Origin: Vulcanimicrobiota bacterium
GTDB lineage: Bacteria > Vulcanimicrobiota > Vulcanimicrobiia > Vulcanimicrobiales > Vulcanimicrobiaceae
Reading direction: 5' to 3'
Length of the DNA: 64,000 nucleotides
Assembly (NCBI GenBank): GCA_963702335.1
Contig: CAVPCC010000016.1
Location: forward strand, 49,528 to 113,527
The notes below the pieces were generated by a model. The model worked only from the letters and a program-made list of their open reading frames with translations. It searched no databases and was not told the origin of the DNA. Position 1 is the stretch's first letter. The number at the start of each line of letters is the position of its first letter. Shown one piece after another: positions 59,923-64,000 of this stretch. Position numbers and translations under genes: made by a program.

Positions 59923-61215
59923 TCAAGGCAGAAGCGTAAGGGTCAGCAGCGCGATGTCGTCGGTGTGGTTTCCCCTTACGACGGCATCGCGGATCGCCCG
60001 CGCCACGTTGTTTGAAGCGCGGACTGCGGCCTGAGCAAGAGCCTGTTTGATAGCCGCTTCGCCCGCCAGATAATCGCGACTCCATTCCGAAACGCCGTCG
60101 GTGAAGAAGACGCCCAGCGCTCCCGGCTCCAAAGCGATCGTCTCAATGGATTTTGGCTGCGGACACAACGTGCGCAGCCCCAAGGGAAGGCCGCGATCCG
60201 TAAAGGGATCGATGCTCTTGCCCTCCGACGGGTTCCAGATAAGCGGACCCGGATGTCCCGCGGCCGCGCAACTTAGCGTGCGTTTACGCGCGTCGAAAAT
60301 GCCGATCATGGCCGTTGCGTATTTGCCCTCAGGAAATTCTGCGCTGACCAACCGGTCCGCACTTAAGAGCGCTTCAGAAAGACTGAGGTCTGCATAAAGC
60401 AACGCCCGGATACCATCGCGAAGGCCGACCATCAACGCAGCTGCCTCGACGCCATGGCCGGAGATATCACCGATAGATATGCCGAACCGGCCGTCGGAAA
60501 GCGCAAAAGCATCGTACCAGTCTCCGCCGACAAGCCACTCCGTTTGTGCGGGTTCGTAATATGCGGAAAAGACAACGGGTTCGGCGCGCGGCAGCGCGCG
60601 CGGCAATGCGGCCAGTTGCATTCTGGTTGCGAACGCCAGCGTCTGTGAGTAAAGCATTGCTTTGGAGAGCGCCGCACCGCAGCGGCGCCCGATGTCTTCT
60701 GCAAACAGCAATGCGCCCTCGTCGAAAGGCCGGCGATCGCTGTCGCCGGTGCGGATCATCCGAAGGGCGCCCAGGACGCCCTTGGCCGTTGAGATGACCG
60801 GGACGACGATTAACGAGCGGTAGTTCATCTCGCGCATGAACTGCGCGTGGGCCGGGGACGTTGCGTTTGCCTCAATGTATGCTTGGTCGATGGTCTCGAT
60901 GAATATGGGCTCGTTGCGGTCGAGAGCGTGCAAGACCGGATGCAAAGGATATCCCTCGGCACTTCGCAGATAGCGTCCCGCCTTCCGAACCGCCGCTGTC
61001 TTTTCCGGATCGCGGTGCGCCGCGGCCGCCAGAGTGATAACGCCTCGTTCGTTTTTCAAGTCGAGGACGCAGATGTCGGCCACCGTTTCCACCGCCGCCC
61101 TACAGACGTTCCGAAGGGTCTCGTTATAATCCAGCGATGAGCCCAGAATCTCACCGGCATGCACCAGCAGATGGAGGTACGAGTTGTCCAGTGTGGACGG
61201 TTGCGGTTGCGCCAT
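59923..61215 (-). CDS. GAF-domain PP2C (SpoIIE/RsbU-type) serine phosphatase
   Basis: ORF track. Probable start MAQPQPS at 61215. GAF region, then GGDWYDAF, GDISGHGVEAAALM, AAAGHPGPL and FFTDGVSE. Confidence 0.8.
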   Translation of the reverse strand: MAQPQPSTLDNSYLHLLVHAGEILGSSLDYNETLRNVCRAAVETVADICVLDLKNERGVITLAAAAHRDPEKTAAVRKAGRYLRSAEGYPLHPVLHALDRNEPIFIETIDQAYIEANATSPAHAQFMREMNYRSLIVVPVISTAKGVLGALRMIRTGDSDRRPFDEGALLFAEDIGRRCGAALSKAMLYSQTLAFATRMQLAALPRALPRAEPVVFSAYYEPAQTEWLVGGDWYDAFALSDGRFGISIGDISGHGVEAAALMVGLRDGIRALLYADLSLSEALLSADRLVSAEFPEGKYATAMIGIFDARKRTLSCAAAGHPGPLIWNPSEGKSIDPFTDRGLPLGLRTLCPQPKSIETIALEPGALGVFFTDGVSEWSRDYLAGEAAIKQALAQAAVRASNNVARAIRDAVVRGNHTDDIALLTLTLLP

Positions 61216-61247
61216 TTCCAGTTGGTAATTCCCCGCGTATGGAGTGG

Positions 61248-64000
61248 TCAAGCGGTTGGCGCGGGAACTTCTCCGGTTACTGCCGTGCGCCCGAGGCCGG
61301 CCTTCGTGCGGCGGTTCTTTGCCCATGGTTCAATGTGGTTGGCCGCCCAGAGATACAGCGTTGGAATGACCACAAGCGAAAGCATCGTCGAACACAGCAG
61401 CCCGCCGATGACCACCGTACCCAGAGGCGCTTGGGTCGAACTGCCCGCTTCGATGCCTGCGGCGATCGGGAGCATGCCCCCGACGGTTGCCAGCGTCGTC
61501 ATCAAAATTGGGCGCAGCCGCATCGGTGCTGCTTGTAACACCGCGTCGCGCGGCGTCATCCCGCGGCCACGGAGTTGATTGGTGAACTCCACGACAAGGA
61601 TTGCGTTCTTGACCACGATTCCAACGAGCATCAACAGGCCGATGAATGCCGTCAGCCCGAACGAACGCTGCGTGATCATCAAGGCAAGGATGACGCCTGC
61701 AAGTGAAAGCGGTACCGCAAACATGATAATCAGCGGGTGCAGAAGCGATTCGAACTGCGATGCAAGCAGCATATAAATGAGGAGGATAGCCATGATGACG
61801 ATTAAGCCAAGACTTCCGAACGTGTCGTTCTGCTGCGTGACCGACTGTCCGAACTGCCAATAATATCCGGCCGGAAGCGCAACGTGCGACATCGCGCTCG
61901 TCGTGGCTTGCACTGCCGTACCCAGCGGAATGTTCGTCAGCGTCGCCGTTACGTCGATTTCACGCTGTTTGTCTTGACGCGTAATTTCCGATGGGCCCGC
62001 GCCGGTCGCAATGTTCGCAACTTCCGCAAGAGGCAGGGTGGGCAGCGCGTAGGTTTGCCCCGGCGCTGAGGTCGACGTCGTGGCAAGCGAGGTCGTGTTG
62101 GAGCCCGTTGCAACCACCGGTATCTGTAGGCCTTGTACGGTTGTGAGCGACCGCCGCTGAGCGGCGGGCAACTGCACGATAATCGGATACTGCGTGCCGT
62201 TGATCTGCAAATACGATGCGGTGCTGCCGCTGGTTGCCGTGTCGATTGTTTGTGCGATCGACTGCGTGGAAAGACCCAGCTGCGCCGCGCGATCGCGATT
62301 CACGCTAATATTCAGCAGCGGCTGCGAGGGCGTGATGCTCGTATCGGGGCGGGTCAATCCCTGAATCTGCTCGAGCTGCGGAATGACTTTCGTTTGCGCG
62401 ATCGTGTAGAGCTGGTTCATATCCGGGCCGTAAATCTGCAGATCGAGAGCGTCTTGACCGCGAGAGATGACGTTCTGGAGAATATCGATGGTTCGCCCGA
62501 AGGCCATCAGACCCGGAATCGGCGGACCGGCAATCTTGCGGAATGCGGCAAACTGCGCGTTCGGCTTGCGCGTGGGCGCCCCGGGGCGCTTTGCACCCCC
62601 GCCGAAAGAGCCGTTCAGCGATCCTTGCCACTGCGTTACAAATTGGGCTGCCGCACTTCCGCTCACGTTGGGCTGCAGCGTGAGCGAAATATTGGCAACG
62701 TTCGAAACGGAACCGCTTTGCCCGTATCCGCCTTGGCCGACCTGCGAGCCGACATCGACAACGCGCGGGTCTTTCATCATGCGCTGTTCTACCTGCTGCG
62801 TTACGTTGTTCATGATGTTGAGGGCGGTGCCGTTGGGCATACGAAGGTTGAAGCGGACGAAACGGGAGTTAGAGGCGGGGAACATCTCCGTCTTAACCGC
62901 GCCGAGTTTTAAAGCGCCGACCGTGAGCATTAAGATGACGCCTGCGGCTGCGAAAATCACGCCGGGGTGGTCGATGCTCCACTCCAAGCGGCCCCGGTAC
63001 CACGACGAAAAACGTTCGTATCCCGCGTCGAACTTCTTGACGAAGCGGCCGTATCCGCCCGTATGATGCCCGTTGGTGTGCGGTTTCTCCGAACGCAGCA
63101 ACAGGGTTGAAAGCATCGGAACGGTGGTCACAGCAACGAGCAGTGAGATGCCTACCGCAACCATGACCATCAGTGCAAACGGCTTGAAAATAAGTCCCTG
63201 CAGGCCTGGGATCAGCATCAGCGGCACAAAAACGGTGATGACCGTGATCGAAGACGCAAGTACGGCAGCAAATATTTCAGTGACGGCGCTTTCCGCCGCC
63301 TCTTTCACGGCCTGGCCGCGAGACATATGCCTGTAGATGTTTTCGATCACGACGATGGCATCGTCCACAATGAGTCCGACCGCGAGTGCCAGACCTCCCA
63401 AGGTCATCGTGTTCAGCGTGTAGCCGAACATGTAGGCTGCAAAGAGCGTGCCGAGGACGGCAATCGGGAGCGAGACCGCAACGATCAGCGTCGAGCGCCA
63501 GGAGTGCAGAAACAGCAGAATGATGAGGATAGCCAGAACGGCGCCGTAAATGGCCGTATGTTCGAGCGCATTGACGGCATCGGTAATAAAGCCTCGCTGA
63601 TCGAAGACGACCGCCAGTTTCATTCCCGGATAGCGCTTTTCAATCTGGGCAATCTTAGCGTAGACGCCGTTTGCGGTTTGAACGACGTTGGCGTTTGGCT
63701 GCGCAATGATGGAAACACCGATGGAATCGACGCCATTCAAGCGCTGGAACGTGCGCTGTTCTTCAATCGAGTCGCTCACGTTGGCGATGTCGTGCATGAA
63801 GACGGGTGCGCCGTTCTTGGTCGCGACGACGATGTTGCCGATCTCTTGCGCGTTCTGAAACAATTCGTTCGCTTGGATCTGATATTCCTGATTGGCAATC
63901 TGCACGATGCCCGCGGGCAGGTTCAGGTTCTCTTGATTCACGCGCGAGACGACCTGCGCCATCGTTAGGCCGTACCCGGCCAGTTTATTGATGTCCGGTT
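61248..64000 (-). CDS. RND efflux transporter permease (AcrB/HAE family), N-terminus beyond the window
   Basis: ORF track 61248..63962. The frame stays open to 64000 (…DINKLAGYGLTMAQVVSRVNQENLNLPAG). 12-TM architecture with VVIENIYRH and AVLQAAPMRLRPILMTT. Confidence 0.9.
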   Translation of the reverse strand, partial: PDINKLAGYGLTMAQVVSRVNQENLNLPAGIVQIANQEYQIQANELFQNAQEIGNIVVATKNGAPVFMHDIANVSDSIEEQRTFQRLNGVDSIGVSIIAQPNANVVQTANGVYAKIAQIEKRYPGMKLAVVFDQRGFITDAVNALEHTAIYGAVLAILIILLFLHSWRSTLIVAVSLPIAVLGTLFAAYMFGYTLNTMTLGGLALAVGLIVDDAIVVIENIYRHMSRGQAVKEAAESAVTEIFAAVLASSITVITVFVPLMLIPGLQGLIFKPFALMVMVAVGISLLVAVTTVPMLSTLLLRSEKPHTNGHHTGGYGRFVKKFDAGYERFSSWYRGRLEWSIDHPGVIFAAAGVILMLTVGALKLGAVKTEMFPASNSRFVRFNLRMPNGTALNIMNNVTQQVEQRMMKDPRVVDVGSQVGQGGYGQSGSVSNVANISLTLQPNVSGSAAAQFVTQWQGSLNGSFGGGAKRPGAPTRKPNAQFAAFRKIAGPPIPGLMAFGRTIDILQNVISRGQDALDLQIYGPDMNQLYTIAQTKVIPQLEQIQGLTRPDTSITPSQPLLNISVNRDRAAQLGLSTQSIAQTIDTATSGSTASYLQINGTQYPIIVQLPAAQRRSLTTVQGLQIPVVATGSNTTSLATTSTSAPGQTYALPTLPLAEVANIATGAGPSEITRQDKQREIDVTATLTNIPLGTAVQATTSAMSHVALPAGYYWQFGQSVTQQNDTFGSLGLIVIMAILLIYMLLASQFESLLHPLIIMFAVPLSLAGVILALMITQRSFGLTAFIGLLMLVGIVVKNAILVVEFTNQLRGRGMTPRDAVLQAAPMRLRPILMTTLATVGGMLPIAAGIEAGSSTQAPLGTVVIGGLLCSTMLSLVVIPTLYLWAANHIEPWAKNRRTKAGLGRTAVTGEVPAPTA

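Noticed and set aside
1-64000. rRNA, tRNA, tmRNA genes and CRISPR arrays.
   Set aside because: I found no cloverleaf-like conserved arms in the intergenic regions I read and no regularly spaced direct repeats. This was a by-eye scan only, so a tRNAscan/Infernal run could still find small RNAs.

Overview
This is a high-GC (about 65% by eye) bacterial chromosome segment interrupted by a lower-GC mobile island of about 26 kb.

Left flank (1-26872): thyA (partial), a two-domain cupredoxin lipoprotein, a YCII::ECF-sigma fused ORF, MarR, rplM-rpsI and a DUF3810 metalloprotease-like gene. These are followed by a compact ~14-kb flagellar-type type III export/basal-body cluster: flgB/flgC-like, fliE, fliF, fliH, fliI, lytic transglycosylase, retropepsin-like protease, fliK-like, flgG/E-like, fliM/sctQ-like, fliN, fliP, an embedded metF, fliQ, fliR, flhB, flhA. 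Then come secD-secF, a HIRAN-RecQ helicase and an ankyrin-repeat protein.

Island (26873-52893): it sits inside a clostripain-like (C11) peptidase gene whose two halves rejoin in frame. It carries:
- three tandem tyrosine recombinases plus a TnpC-like gene (Tn554 / recombinase-trio style);
- decayed toxin-antitoxin-like cargo;
- a tightly coupled 5-gene operon (MmeI-like N6A methyltransferase with its nuclease motif lost, SF2 helicase, T5orf172/GIY-YIG nuclease, RHH, ASCH) that looks like an undescribed split restriction-modification-like defence system;
- two divergent giant NLR/STAND (Avs-like) nuclease-NTPase loci.

Right flank: lipoproteins, DUF4097, apt, rel (RelA/SpoT), a TauE exporter, a GAF-PP2C phosphatase and an RND permease (partial).

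No rRNA, tRNA or CRISPR array was recognised.

Caveat: many clearly conserved genes, including essential ones, are broken by single-base frame shifts, several at homopolymers. The assembly therefore probably contains indel errors. Coordinates for such genes span the joined frames.
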